DNA of 63,273 bases, the filler included, from Perkinsus chesapeaki ATCC PRA-425 (Eukaryota; Protista; Perkinsozoa), in assembly GCA_013115145.1 (NCBI GenBank). It is 8 parts of 8 records of this genome, joined end to end, with 100 filler letters (N's around TTAATTAATTAA, not from the genome) between each part and the next. Parts side by side here need not be neighbours in the genome. Positions count along the whole stretch, not along the records: positions 34,167 to 39,746 come from JAAPAO010001144.1; positions 39,847 to 53,224 come from JAAPAO010000791.1; 6 more parts are not named here. One strand, given 5' to 3'. Under the pieces are notes generated by a model, which did no database searches, was not told the DNA's origin, and saw nothing but the letters and a program-made list of their open reading frames with translations. Shown in pieces: positions 37,055 through 48,700 of the stretch. A program made the position numbers and the translations under genes. How positions within the stretch are numbered: position 1 is the first letter of the stretch; the number at the start of each line of letters is the position of its first letter.

Positions 37055-38285
37055 ATGTCCTCCCCTCCTGCTAGCTCCTCGGTTCCGCCTTCCTCCGGCG
37101 GCACTTCACCGCCTGCCCAACGGCGTTCCTCCCGCCGCCACTCTAGTTCTAGCTCGTCTGCTCTTCCACCCGCTCCGCCTGACTCTGTTCTCGGTGCTGA
37201 CCCTCCCGCCATCTTGCCGCTCGCACTCCTCGGCCACCTCACCGCGTTGCAGACCCCCCCTGCCTTGGTGGCTTCTATCTCCGAGGTTCTGCTCCAGCAC
37301 AACCTCGATGACCCCGACACTTTAGCCCAACTGTCACGCCCAGACGTGGATCTGCTATTCCCCGGTGAGGCGCTTTTGGCATCTCGCCTAAAGGTTCTTG
37401 CGCTGGCGTCTCGCTGTCGGACCGTTGAACCCGCTCCCCTACCGGATCCTCTTCCGCACCCCGACCCGGTCGTTACTCGTTTTGACCTGGCGGCGGCCTT
37501 CACGGCGCGTGGCCTCGTAGGCTTGGATAGTCGCTTGCTCCCTCCAGCCCACATATTCGACCACCTGACCAAGCCCGGAACTGATCCCCTTTCGGCGGTG
37601 CTGGACCTCCCCCTTCTCAAATTTCTTCCACCTCAGGAGTCTTCCGTCACCCCTNNNNNNNNNNNNNNNNNNNNNNNNNNNNNNNNNNNNNNNNNNNNNN
37701 NNNNNNNNNNNNNNNNNNNNNNNNNNNNNNNNNNNNNNNNNNNNNNNNNNNNNGGCTACCTCCTCCCCCTCTTCTGGATCCCGCGACCCCACTGTCGATC
37801 TCTTCCGTTCTAACCTCAAGCCCGGTGGTTTCAACCTCGCGTTATTATCTTGGGCATTGACGGCCCTTCTCACCTCTGAGATCAGCCTCGCCTCGGTGTT
37901 CGGGCATGTACAGGCGTGTAACCGCGTGCTTGAACACCATGGTATCCTTACTGCACGGCTTTATGATGAAGCCCGCCGCCGTGGGATGGCCCTAGACGTC
38001 AGGGCGGGCATCCATCCCGGGGCGGCGGGGCTAACCTGTTCGGACCCAGCTACGGTCGCGGACTGCAAACACCTCGTAGATCGAGCTCTGGCTTCCCGCT
38101 CGTCTTTCTCTTCCCGCGACAACCGACCTCCGCCTTTCCGGTCTCGGGGTCGACCAGTCTCTTCTCCGTACGAGTCCCGTCCGCGCGCATCACCGGCTTC
38201 CACCACTTCAACTGGGCGCCCTCCCTCCTCGTCCCCTCCCGACAAGCCCTCGTCTTCCTCTGGTTCACACTCCGTGCGGTCGTAG
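37055..38285 (+). CDS. Gag-like ORF of the YR retroelement (spans the 99-N gap 37655-37753)
   Basis: Low-complexity S/P termini and central HVQACNRVLEHHGILTARLYDEARRR, resembling the YD..FR gag motif. Reading frames are open on both sides of the gap. Confidence 0.65.
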
Positions 38286-38351
38286 CTTGCCCTTGGGGGC
38301 CACACGTCCTGGCTTCTACCCTTTTCCGGCGGTATCGTCTGCCCCTCTATT

Positions 38352-39545
38352 TTGTTTTTTTTTCCACCTCCTGGCGAGGTCCGTTCTCATTCGTTGGTTT
38401 TTTCCCGGTCTCCTAGTTGTTGTGTTTTCGTGTTTTATCTCCCCCCTCACGGCCTGATCACGTTGTACCTGTCCGGCGTCCCCCCCTGTCCGCCCATGCA
38501 GCCAGTCTCTCCTCCTCGGCCTGCTATGCAGCCTTCGTTCGGCGACCTCCTCCGGGAATTGCGGGCGTGGGGTGCATCTTCTCATTCTCCATCCCGCGTA
38601 ATTCCCCCTGCGACCTACCCCGGGCGCTGCCCCACGGCCACTCTGTTGGCCGAGTCATGGCGACTGGGCTTCCGTTCTATCTGCCCCGCTACGGCGCGCA
38701 GCTACGCGGCAGCTCTGTCTTCCTGGCACTCTTTTGTCGCTTGGTTCGCCCCCGCCTCGGTCGACGTATTCCCTGCGTCCCCGGTGCTGGTACGCTGCTG
38801 GCTGCTCACTTTGGGAAATGCTGGGACCGCTCGGTCATATCTGGCTGCTCTACGTAAGGCTCATGATCTTCTCGAACTCCCGTTTCTCGCTGACACTCCT
38901 CTGGTCCGAGCAGTCGTTCGCGGGCTCCGGTCGGTGGCTCCACTGCTTTCTGCGTCCCCTTCCCGGATCCAGTTCCCTCTGCTCCAGCAGCTTGTTACTG
39001 CGGCGGTACGTCGGACCGATCACGAGTTCGCATGTTTGTGCATTCTTGCCTACCATTTTCTAGCTCGGGTTCCTTCCGAGCTTCTTCCCCTCCTGAAGTC
39101 CGACGTAGCCCTTCTTCCCGATATGTCCCTCCGGGTCTGCTTTCCCCGCCGTAAGAACTGGCCTCAGGGGCATGTCATCCTGCGTCTCTGTACGTGCACT
39201 TCCTCTCCTGCCACCTGTCCACACCGCGCTCTCTTGCGTCTCGCTAGCTTGTCTCCGCCTGGCCAAGCTCGGCTGACTCTTATGGGTGCTTCCGCCTTCA
39301 CAACGCGCCTTCGTTCACAGCTACAGGCCCTGCACATTCCTCACGCAGCGTCCTTCTCCTCCCACGCTTTTCGTCGGGGTCACGCCGAAGACCTGGCACG
39401 CGCCGGCTGCAGTGTCTCTCTCATCATGGAGGCTGGCGGCTGGCGGTCCTCCGCGTTTGCTACCTACCTCGCTCACACGCCGCAGCTGAGCTCGACTCGT
39501 GTGGTCGAGATGCTCTACGACTTCGACGACGATCCTGCCACCTAG
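38352..39545 (+). CDS. Tyrosine recombinase with N-terminal SAM-like binding domain
   Basis: TARSYAAALSSW and TARSYLAALRKAH helices; catalytic R (FLARVPSELL), K (RRKN), HxxR (HAFRRG), W (GGWRS) and Y (ATYL). Real start is probably an internal ATG near 38496. Confidence 0.93.
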   Translation: MFFFPPPGEVRSHSLVFSRSPSCCVFVFYLPPHGLITLYLSGVPPCPPMQPVSPPRPAMQPSFGDLLRELRAWGASSHSPSRVIPPATYPGRCPTATLLAESWRLGFRSICPATARSYAAALSSWHSFVAWFAPASVDVFPASPVLVRCWLLTLGNAGTARSYLAALRKAHDLLELPFLADTPLVRAVVRGLRSVAPLLSASPSRIQFPLLQQLVTAAVRRTDHEFACLCILAYHFLARVPSELLPLLKSDVALLPDMSLRVCFPRRKNWPQGHVILRLCTCTSSPATCPHRALLRLASLSPPGQARLTLMGASAFTTRLRSQLQALHIPHAASFSSHAFRRGHAEDLARAGCSVSLIMEAGGWRSSAFATYLAHTPQLSSTRVVEMLYDFDDDPAT

Positions 39546-39938
39546 TACACTTCTTCTCACATCTGCTTCCTGCTGTGGGCGTCTCGTGTTTGTCACAATG
39601 GGGTACGTCGTCGCCGCCACAGTCGGGTCGCTGATGGAGTAAGACGGGCTCGCGCAAGGACGGACAATGGGACAGGGGACAGAGATCCCGACGCTCTCGG
39701 TCTCATCTGCCCAGCTGATCGTCCTGCTTGTGAGCTCATCTTCCTCNNNNNNNNNNNNNNNNNNNNNNNNNNNNNNNNNNNNNNNNNNNNTTAATTAATT
39801 AANNNNNNNNNNNNNNNNNNNNNNNNNNNNNNNNNNNNNNNNNNNNGCGTTCCCTTTTCCACGTTCTTCGACTTCTACTCTTCCAAGAGCTGGTATACTG
39901 GAGCTGCTACAAGACTTGGCAATGCCAAGAGACCCTTT

Positions 39939-40307
39939 CTAGACAGATGCCAAGTTGGCATCTGTCCGGAGAGGGTATATCTCTGGTTCTGGATACAATT
40001 CGTCATTTCCAAGGAGCTCTTCGCGAACTCTTCTATCTCGAAGCGCCAGGCGTACAAATTCGGCTTCAACATTTTCTGCATTGCGCAGCTTCCACTTGCA
40101 CCAGCGCAAGAATTTTCGTTGAGTCTTAGTCAAAGGACCATGGGTCGAGTCTTTCTTTCTCCCCAAGTACACAACGTACGACCTTACCTTTAGTGGGAAC
40201 TGACTGTAAAACTCTGCGTATGACATTTCTCGATACTGGGCCAGTATTACTGGCCGAAACCAACTTTCCACGCAGCACAACTGGCTGGATACCAACCCTT
40301 TCGGCAT
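39939..40307 (-). CDS. Hypothetical protein exon(s)
   Basis: 122-aa ORF with protein-like composition (SYAEFYSQFPLKVRSYVVYLGRKK...RKFLRWCKWKLR). No family recognised. Confidence 0.35.
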   Translation of the reverse strand: MPKGLVSSQLCCVESWFRPVILAQYREMSYAEFYSQFPLKVRSYVVYLGRKKDSTHGPLTKTQRKFLRWCKWKLRNAENVEAEFVRLALRDRRVREELLGNDELYPEPEIYPLRTDANLASV

Positions 40308-41170
40308 GTCTCTTTGGTCTGCCTTCCTTTCACGCCAGCAGGGCCGGGTCCCTATCGTCTGTGTTCAACGCGTTAACACGGGCAGGCACGGATGCTCTCG
40401 TGATGGTGAAACAGGACGCATGGATGGATCCCTCTGTCCACGCAGGGCCTCTTGAGCCTCCGCAGCTAACTTGGCGTTCGAAGGACATCCACGCGGCATT
40501 TGCTAACAATGCTACTTCATCTCATGCATCCGATGTACGGGAGTCCAAGTAACCCGTCTCTCTAAACCGTTATTCTCATTGCGCGGCCAAAAGATTCCTG
40601 GGCCCGCTCGAAATGCAAATGAGGCGCGCACCTCATGACGCGCCGTGAAGCGCGCCGCGTCACACAACTTGTACTTTAGAGTTTGCTCACAGTTCTATCA
40701 GTAAGAGCGGTCCAGAGATGAGTACGTCAATAGAGTTGTTTTTCCTCTTCTTTTTTCTCTAGATAGCAGTGTCGTATGCGATCGAATAACTAACAAGAAC
40801 CACGCCAACAGGCTAGGGCCTAGGCCGCTAGGCCGTGTGGTCTACCCTATCATCCAACTCTCGCTGCCCTGAATATCGCTTTATCATGAGGCTATCACTA
40901 ACCCGTTTTTAGAACTCTAGTAGAGCTTCGCTTTCTCTATTTCTTTCTCATAAAACAATCATCCGCTCATGAGTTCCTCGGATAAGTTTCTTTTGGAGTA
41001 GGCCACGTGGTCCACCCGTAGACCAAACAGGTTTTCCTCAAATATTTTCATAACAAGGAAGGGTTTTGAAGAAAAATAAAATAAAATAGCGCTTCGCGCT
41101 TTGTTTCTTTCTTTTCTAGTTCATTCCTGTGGACTTTTTCTGGCCTTTTTCCGGCTTTTCCCGGCCTTTT

Positions 41171-41215
41171 CGCGCTTGGGTGGCGAGAGTCCCCGAGTTC
41201 AATCCTCGGCACAGC
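41171..41215 (+). pseudogene. Orphan tRNA-Pro(TGG)-like 3' half
   Basis: CGC-TTGGGT-GGCGAG anticodon-arm remnant, perfect T-arm CCGAG-TTCAATC-CTCGG, then CACAGC. The 5' half is replaced by (GGCCTTTT)-like repeats. Confidence 0.6.
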
Positions 41216-41856
41216 AATGGCAGCTCTAAGATGCCTAAAGTACTAGATGATTAGTGAGCGCAAGAAAAAAAACCTACCTCGCTGAGCATTGTATTGTTTA
41301 CACAGTAGTGCGAAATGCACACTACTTACATATACGAGCAATCGTTTGGGGTAATGGCAGAAAATCAAGGATAAGCGGTGAAAACTAAGATCAATCTGGA
41401 GAACTTTGGAGCGATGTCATCAGTGATGAGTTGTGATATGTCGTCAGAGACTGCGTGAGCTCTTGACGTTATGAAACCCTCAGAAACCCGGAGCACGAGC
41501 ATCGATCGACATTCAGCGAGAAGCCCGTATCGGCAAGTTATCGTTAAGTATTCCAACACGGCGTAAGCGAAGAATGTGCGTAGAGATTTCTTAACTTTCT
41601 GTAATCATGCTTGAGAAAGAGAATTTGTTCGAAGGCCGCGCAGGGTAAGGTGAGGTAATGCTGCTTTAATGGCTGCGCGGGCCAGACCCGTATGTGCGTG
41701 ATGGTATCTGAAACGGTGCGCTTTGCATCAACGTTTCGGATACTCCTACATAGTGTGTATTCCATGATATGGTTCACATCATGTGATACACGTGATCTAT
41801 ATATTGAACAGCTTTTTAGATTACTTAGGTTCAGTTGACCTCTTCGTTTATCAGCA

Positions 41857-42853
41857 ATGCTATTCATTGTATTACCGAGCGTCCTTGGTCTCGCGACGGC
41901 TGCTATTCGACCCGGTTGCTATCTCGGTGACTTCATCTGCCAAGTGTTTATTGGATATGATGGTGCAGCTTGCGACCATGAGAATAATGTTTGCTTGACA
42001 AACTATGGTTCCTCTATGATTCCCTGCGCGTGTGAAGGGGATGTGTCTGATATTCCTAGCTTGGCAACTGCTACGGTTGGAACAGTTTCCTTGCCAACGA
42101 CCGAAACTCAAACTAGCCCACACAGCAGCGGTGTTTGGTCGTCTATTAACCCTGTGGATAGCACTTTCGTTTCCACCACTTCGCCAACTACTGGTATATC
42201 CAATGAGACTACAGATAATGCAACCGGATATAATACTGAGGCCAGTCCTGTTAGNNNNNNNNNNNNNNNNNNNNNNNNNNNNNNNNNNNNNNNNNNNNNN
42301 NNNNNNNNNNNNNNNNNNNNNNNNNNNNNNNNNNNNNNNNNNNNNNNNNNNTAGTACAACTGAGGCCAGTCCTGTTAGTACAACTGAGGCCAGTCCTGTT
42401 AGTACAACTGAGGCCAGTCCTGTTAGTACAACTGAGGCCAGTCCTGTTAAGACCAGTGCTGGAATTACAACCTCAACCGACGGAATGGCAAACTTCACCA
42501 CCACGGTTCCTCCGGTTGGCGGAGCCGATAGTATCGATGACGAAAATGCCGCTGACATGCCGTATTGTGACGACTTCTGTATCGGTTTGAACAGCGGCAA
42601 ATCTTATTGCAAGTCTTGGTTAATTGAACCTGTCTGTCACGGCGGCGACCAATCTTGTGGTCCCGCCAGCTGCATTCCTAATGACACACACGCTGTTGAA
42701 AGTGCGTCTTGTGATAACTACTGTATTAAGCAGAACCCGACTCTTGCCGAGGACGAGGTGTCCTACTGCAAGTGGTGGCTGAGCGCTCCTGTCTGTTTTA
42801 ATGGTGACCAGCCCTGTCCGCCGAGCGTTTGTGGTTCAGGCGAGTCTGACTAA
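41857..42853 (+). CDS. Secreted Cys-rich protein with mucin-like STTEASPV repeat stalk (spans the 97-N gap)
   Basis: Signal peptide MLFIVLPSVLGLATA, N-terminal Cys-rich domain, S/T-rich linker, and two C-terminal modules CDxxC...SYCKxW...PVCxxGDQxC. Confidence 0.85.
42231..42447 (+). repeat. Coding 24-bp tandem repeat (AGTACAACTGAGGCCAGTCCTGTT)
   Basis: One variant copy before and four exact copies after an unresolved gap. Confidence 0.95.
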
Positions 42854-43116
42854 CTAAAATTCAAACCAACGTTGAGCATTTTTTGAGCTCATCCATCGCA
42901 TATTCATTATTAGTTTTAGTGTAGCAGGATTGCGTGATATCCAGACGCGAGTGTTGAGCTAGTGTTAATGAAATTGTCTCGCTTTCTGCTTAATAAGCGG
43001 CTCGGAAGAAACCCTCAATTTGAAGGTAAAGAGAAAGGAATGGTGCTCCTGAATCTGCAATCCTATTTAAACTATTCATCCAATTTGGTGGTAAGTTTTA
43101 TTAGTAACGGTAAATC

Positions 43117-45342
43117 ATGATTTTCTACGATAATGATGTTGGCGTCTTTCGCCTCATTTTCCGAACGAGAGGCTCGAACTACGCATCAGTGGGTTACTCA
43201 CAAGTGAACATGCTCTGACTGTTTATTGCAGATGGCTCCCTATGCCGCAATTGCTCTTGGCATTGGATTGGTGGGTTCGCTACTACTATGGACAGCTTGA
43301 ATTGGTTTTTAGGCGTTTCTATTCGCCAGGGAAAACCTGGAACCGATAGCCAGCCAGTTGGAACATCCGTTCGCTCTTCAAATATATACCTACGTACAGC
43401 TGTGATCCCCGCGGAAGGTTGATGAGACCAGTCTCCTAGATATTCGGCTTCGTTGTGGTTTTTCGGACGAAGATGGCCTACGATCGCTATTGGGAAGCCA
43501 TGACAAATTTGTCCTTAATGGTATCCAAGTGGGGAGATGCTTTCATGCAAGTGAGACCTTCATCCTTATATCAAGGACCAACAGACGCTATATGTTTTTG
43601 AGTGCAGCTGGTGGCATTTTCGAATGCTACCATAGAAGGAGTGGACGATAACACTAAGCCCGTTGTCTCGGAAGACCTGCACAAGTTCCAAAGAGAGTGG
43701 GCCAGGTCTGGTCGCGGCACTCGTGAGAAGCGACGAGCTCAGTTTGATACACCTCTTTTCGTTGATGAGCGCACTAGCCATGAGGACGTTGTCTGACCCA
43801 TACAATGAGACAGCCAACGCTGGTTTGAAGAGGATTCTCAGGCAACTTCGGAGGGTGCTACTAGTCCGATGAAGATGTCAACAGGTTCATTCAGCCCGAA
43901 TCTGAAATGCCCGCTACTGAAGTGAAATCTTTGAAGAAAAGTATTTTCTGTCATTCGAATGTGGTTTGATAAATAGGTTATCGATTAGGTGAAAACAGGA
44001 AGGCGGAGGTTCAACGGTTACGCAATTCAATAAAAAGCGTTGCAGAGGCATTCTCGCCCGATGGCGTGATCACTAGGGTATTTGGCGAAGAGCAAAAGTT
44101 CTTTGTAAGCCGCTCGGGGCGATGCTAACGGGGTAATCTATCCGAGATGATTTGATTCGTTCTTGAGAGTCTTATCAAACCTTTACTGCCTTCTCGAATG
44201 TCGCAGCATCGACTGACATCCCTCATTTCATAGGTGAAATCTCCCTTCTTAATCGGCGCCAACTCATGGACGGTGCGCAAATGTGCGTCTTAAACTTTTG
44301 TAGAGTTCCTGTAGGAGAGCGAATACATATATAATATAGAGGGCAATATTCCGATATTTCCCTTCTCTTATCTACAGAACCGGAGCATCGTTAACTGTGT
44401 AGCTGAGGGGTTTGTTCAGGTAGTCGGTCAGTTAACAAAATGGGAAGAAGCGCGTCTTAATGGGAAGGATGATGTTCTGGTGGTTGCTCAGTGGATTGTC
44501 GAACTGATGCTATCCCAGCACGTTCACGGTCGTCTGGACGTCCATGCAGCTATACAAAGTCGGGTGTAAGTACATGGCTGGAGAGCTTTCTGACTGCGCC
44601 TTAGATACCAGGAAATATCAAATGGCATGCTCGGGTATAATCAAGCTCTGAAGATATCGAAGATACCATTTCCCTTCCCCTTTGCTCAAATTATCGCCCT
44701 TATGAGTCTAGGCTTCCTCATTATTTCACCAATAGCGATGACTACAACAACAAACTACTGGTGAGCTCTATACCAACTCCTGTAGATTAGCGAGTTTATC
44801 TTAATTTGCATCATCGATCAAAGTTCCGCTATATAAGCTTCCGTCGATTGAATCATCTGCCGATGAGTTGCTGTAGGTTCCTGGCCCCATTTTTGGCATG
44901 CGTTGGTGTTCTCGGGTAAGCCTCTGTTACTTCACAACTGCACAACTTTGACAGACACGATGGATTGAACGAGATATCTATAGAGCTGGAGGAGCCTTAT
45001 GGGACCGATGCCAACGATCTTCCGATGAAAGAAATGCAATTCACTTTTGTAAGCATCTCTTCAAGCCACCCGAGTCTGGGAGCGATTGGAGGCCGAATCC
45101 ATCAGAATGATAAATGAAGGATTCCAGGTTCACTCTTTGGAAGAACTACTCCGCTCAAGCGTACCAATTCACCCTAAACGGACTCACATGGATTTAAGAG
45201 AGAGTTAAAAATGCAACCGCTTTTCCGAGAAACTGCGATTCAAGGTTGTGATCTTGAAGACTGTGTACAGTTTGCCAAAGAAGAGATGATGTATCACAGG
45301 AGGGTGCCAAACAGGAGAGCTGTTGCAGCACTTAATATGTAG
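43117..45342 (+). CDS. Bestrophin-family (YneE/UPF0187-like) anion channel, multi-exon
   Basis: MIFYDNDVGVFRLIFRTRGS start, FGFVVVFRTKMAYDRYWEA, KIPFPFPFAQ and ELEEPYGTDANDLP signature motifs in order, separated by short introns. Confidence 0.88.
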
Positions 45343-45499
45343 GTTTCGATCACCTCCACGGTTGTATGCGCATTATTCGAAATCTACTGCCATCCTTATG
45401 AGGGGTGTTTTTGATGAGTTGCTGTGAGCAGTGATGGATCTGCACCAGATCTGACAAGTTCAGTGGTCCAAATGAAGTCTACTCAGGTTTCTGACTTCC

Positions 45500-46900
45500 C
45501 AAAGCTTCGTGGCTCCAAGCGAAACCTTCCCTGTCTGGTTTACCGACGACGACCTCGTCCATTTCGACTTGGATGATTTCCGTTATAAATTCAGAATGCA
45601 CCCGCGAAAGGATCTACCACTCCTTGCGTGAGTTCTAATACTATTGAGTCAATATTCTAAATCATACCAGCTGGCTCTTTTCGCCGGTTCAACTCAGCTG
45701 CTGTTACCCAGCTCCTACCCTATGAGCTTTCTCATCCAAATATACCCTTTCTCTTACATGCTCGAAGGTCCCGAACATCCAATTGGACCCCAGTGATAAA
45801 CTGTGACTTTCTAATTATTAGATATCGACGTGCTCGCCTCGAGTTGTGGTTAGCGTCCAAAGGATTGAATGTGTCTATAGCATGGCAGGCACCATCGGAA
45901 GGCATGTCAATTACTTAATGTGGTCAACTTTTGTGTTGAGTCTTGAAAGTACACATAACGCCAATGATCTATACTCGGTATACGTAACCTCCTGACTCCC
46001 TAACTCATACGCATTACGCAGCAACGGAAAGCGTAAGTGGACAATTGCCTTCGGCAAGTTGCGACAGTGACGAGAGCCGATCACTTCGTGCGATCCAGTT
46101 ACTGGGTTCCAGTATGGATCAGGCACCTATAATACCTTCTCATGCGCAAGGCTCCGCCATGCCTCGAAAATACTGTAAACGTTAGGTTGGACATGGCATG
46201 GGATCCTCGTACGGACATTGTTAACGTTCTTATGGCCCTTATTGTTGACGTCCTCGGAGGTCCTCCAGGCTCGAGGCTCCAGCGAGGTGACATAGTCATG
46301 ACATACGATGCTCCTGGTTGAACCCGAGAACATCGCGCAGAGTTTTTCATCACATTGTACTTGGGGGATGTTTGCAGCGTTTGCAACGTGTGACACTTCC
46401 CGCCGTTACTGCACAAGTAGGCTACTCTGAGTAGCTTTCGCTGAGGCCATAGTTTCTCTTTTGCGCATCGTGGTTGAGCAAGCGCGGCAAGTTCCCACTC
46501 CAATCGAGATGCGTATTACTCACAAGTGGCTAATTCCAGTAGCTTCACCCTAACATCACTACTGTAGGTGTAACGTATACTTGCAGTAGATTACCACGTT
46601 GAATCGCTCAACTCATTTACTTCGAACTCAATAACGTGATTTCCGTCGTATTATAACAGCATCAGCCATGGAGTTTGATAATTCCGTTATCAACCAAGCG
46701 CATCACTTTAATAGCTACACTAGGAGGTAGCTGCCTTGGATCGAGCTTGGCTTGAGGGTTGGATTGGAGATATCTGCAATCATTATTCTCTCATTGCTGA
46801 TGACCTGTGCTCGACTCACTGGAGCAATTTCTGTATTTGAGGGTCTTGCAATATAGCCTGAAAAGTCCGTAACTCATGCGAGGATCCTACCACGTAGGAT
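45500..46900 (-). CDS. Hypothetical multi-exon gene (boundaries approximate)
   Basis: Exon-like segments with splice sites, e.g. VPDPYWNPVTGSHEVIGSRHCRNLPKAIVHLRFPLLRNAYE. No family recognised. Confidence 0.35.
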
Positions 46901-47149
46901 TTTAATTGTTGCAATGAGCTTAACACAAGATTTCAAATCTTCTGCGAAGTTGTAGAGAATCTTGGCTTATGTATGTTCTTTGTCGGTGCACCCTCTAGAC
47001 TATGAAATCCAGTCAAGACATGCCAACTTCATCTCGCGGCCTCCCGAGTTACTTCCCGCCAAATCAGTACGATTATAGAACATTTCCCTTTTTCTAACAA
47101 TGTCTGTGCGTACTTGGACACCATTAAAACAGTACAGGTGGCACACCAA

Positions 47150-48700
47150 CTAGTTCGTTCACAAAATGAGATGTGCCTTACCGCTAACTTGATTTCTGTT
47201 TTGAAACTTCAGCACACTAGTCGGGCTCACTTGAACTTCCTCAGATACCATACTCTGGGGCTCGGTATTCTTCGCCTTGGGTACTTCACATTTCGAGGCA
47301 AGTTTATCGAAATGGCGTGACATCAGAGCGCTAAATGCCTTCAACCAATCAGCCAGCTCCTGAGAAATTATGACACCTAACCTGGAAGCCCGAGGGTGTT
47401 CAACAATTCCCATAGCCTATGCGTCTAATGATGAGAGCGTTAGAGAGCCTGGCGTTAAGGAGTGAATATTTCGGCCCTCTTTTCAGGGACGAAACCACAA
47501 CTCGAGCACTGACCTTATCGTTTGCTATTTCTTCTTTGGCTTGTTCGGGATCCTCCTGCATAGTCCTCAGAACTCTCTGATAACGTGGATCGGCGAATCC
47601 CTGAAGTTTATACCATCTCCTCCACCCCAGTAGTGGTGTCGTTTACCTTAGCCAGTGATGGGTTCGCCATCACTGCTCTCATCAGCTCGGGTGACAGCCA
47701 TGAGTTGGTGTCAGCACTCAGACGCTTTGCTGAGTCAATAAGAGGCGCTTGAACCTGCATACAAAGCAGGCTATCAATGTGCTTGGATAATTTGGGATAC
47801 ACATGACCTAACAAGACTAGAGCGACCTTTCCGGCAATCCCAGAATATCTCAATAATTTTTGTAATGCCGTCGAATAAGCGAGCCCATGATAAAGAACCT
47901 CTGGAATTTGGGAGTAAGTTCAAGATTCAACTGAGAAAGTCGAACAGTTATCCAAGCCCTGCCAAGTGTCGTTCCAGAGCTCACAGTTCTAATACGATGT
48001 GTCGTACTTGCGGGAGCTTCAGCGAGTCTGAGCTCTGCGCAATCTCCTGATAAGACTGTTGCTTCTGGCCAACATGGGTCAAATCAACGACGTCTTTCTT
48101 TACCTTCTTACTGCTGCTCTTTCCAAGCAAAAACCCCTGAGTAAGATACCCTGGCAAATCAACCAAAGCATAACTCTATCTTGCAGTTTGTAATGCTCGT
48201 ATAAAGTATTATGTATTTTATAATTTGTACAATATACTAGTCCAAATAATACTCCACCCAGGAGCTCAACTCACTTTCTTAATCGTTTTCTCTTGTTCTT
48301 TCTCATGGCGCCTCGATTTGTTCTCTTCAACAATTTTACTCTCAGTTTTATCAGGCTCTCCTATATCGACCTTTTGCGCTGAAGTGGCCTTCTTAAATGT
48401 TTCAATCCTAACGTGGAGGATGCCATCCATCCTCAGGATGACAGAGCACACTATACAGCTTGTGATGATCTCTGGGCACTAGTGTGTATAGTTCATTTTC
48501 TTCACAAAAAATTTGAGACTTGTGCTTCGTACATGCGTTCGAAATCTACGGAATGCGCCCAAATTCATTTGTTTGAAAATAATATTGCTCATTTGAATCT
48601 GTACTGTCGACATAAACGTATCACTAACCATGATAAATCGCAAATTGGAACTTCGAACGGCGAAATTTGGTGTTTCTGAGATCGAAGAAATTGTATACAG
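47150..48700 (-). CDS. STI1/DP-repeat-like protein, multi-exon (boundaries approximate)
   Basis: WLSPELMRAVMANPSLAK, QRVLRTMQEDPEQAKEE and WLKAFSALMSRHFDKLA segments resemble STI1 heat-shock chaperonin-binding motifs. Confidence 0.5.

Larger units (their letters stand above)
34167..39746. mobile_element. Tyrosine-recombinase (DIRS/Ngaro/PAT-group) retroelement with divergent ORF layout
   Basis: RT-RNase H on the minus strand and gag-like plus YR ORFs on the plus strand, 200 bp apart head-to-head. Both ends are cut by contig linkers. Confidence 0.85.
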
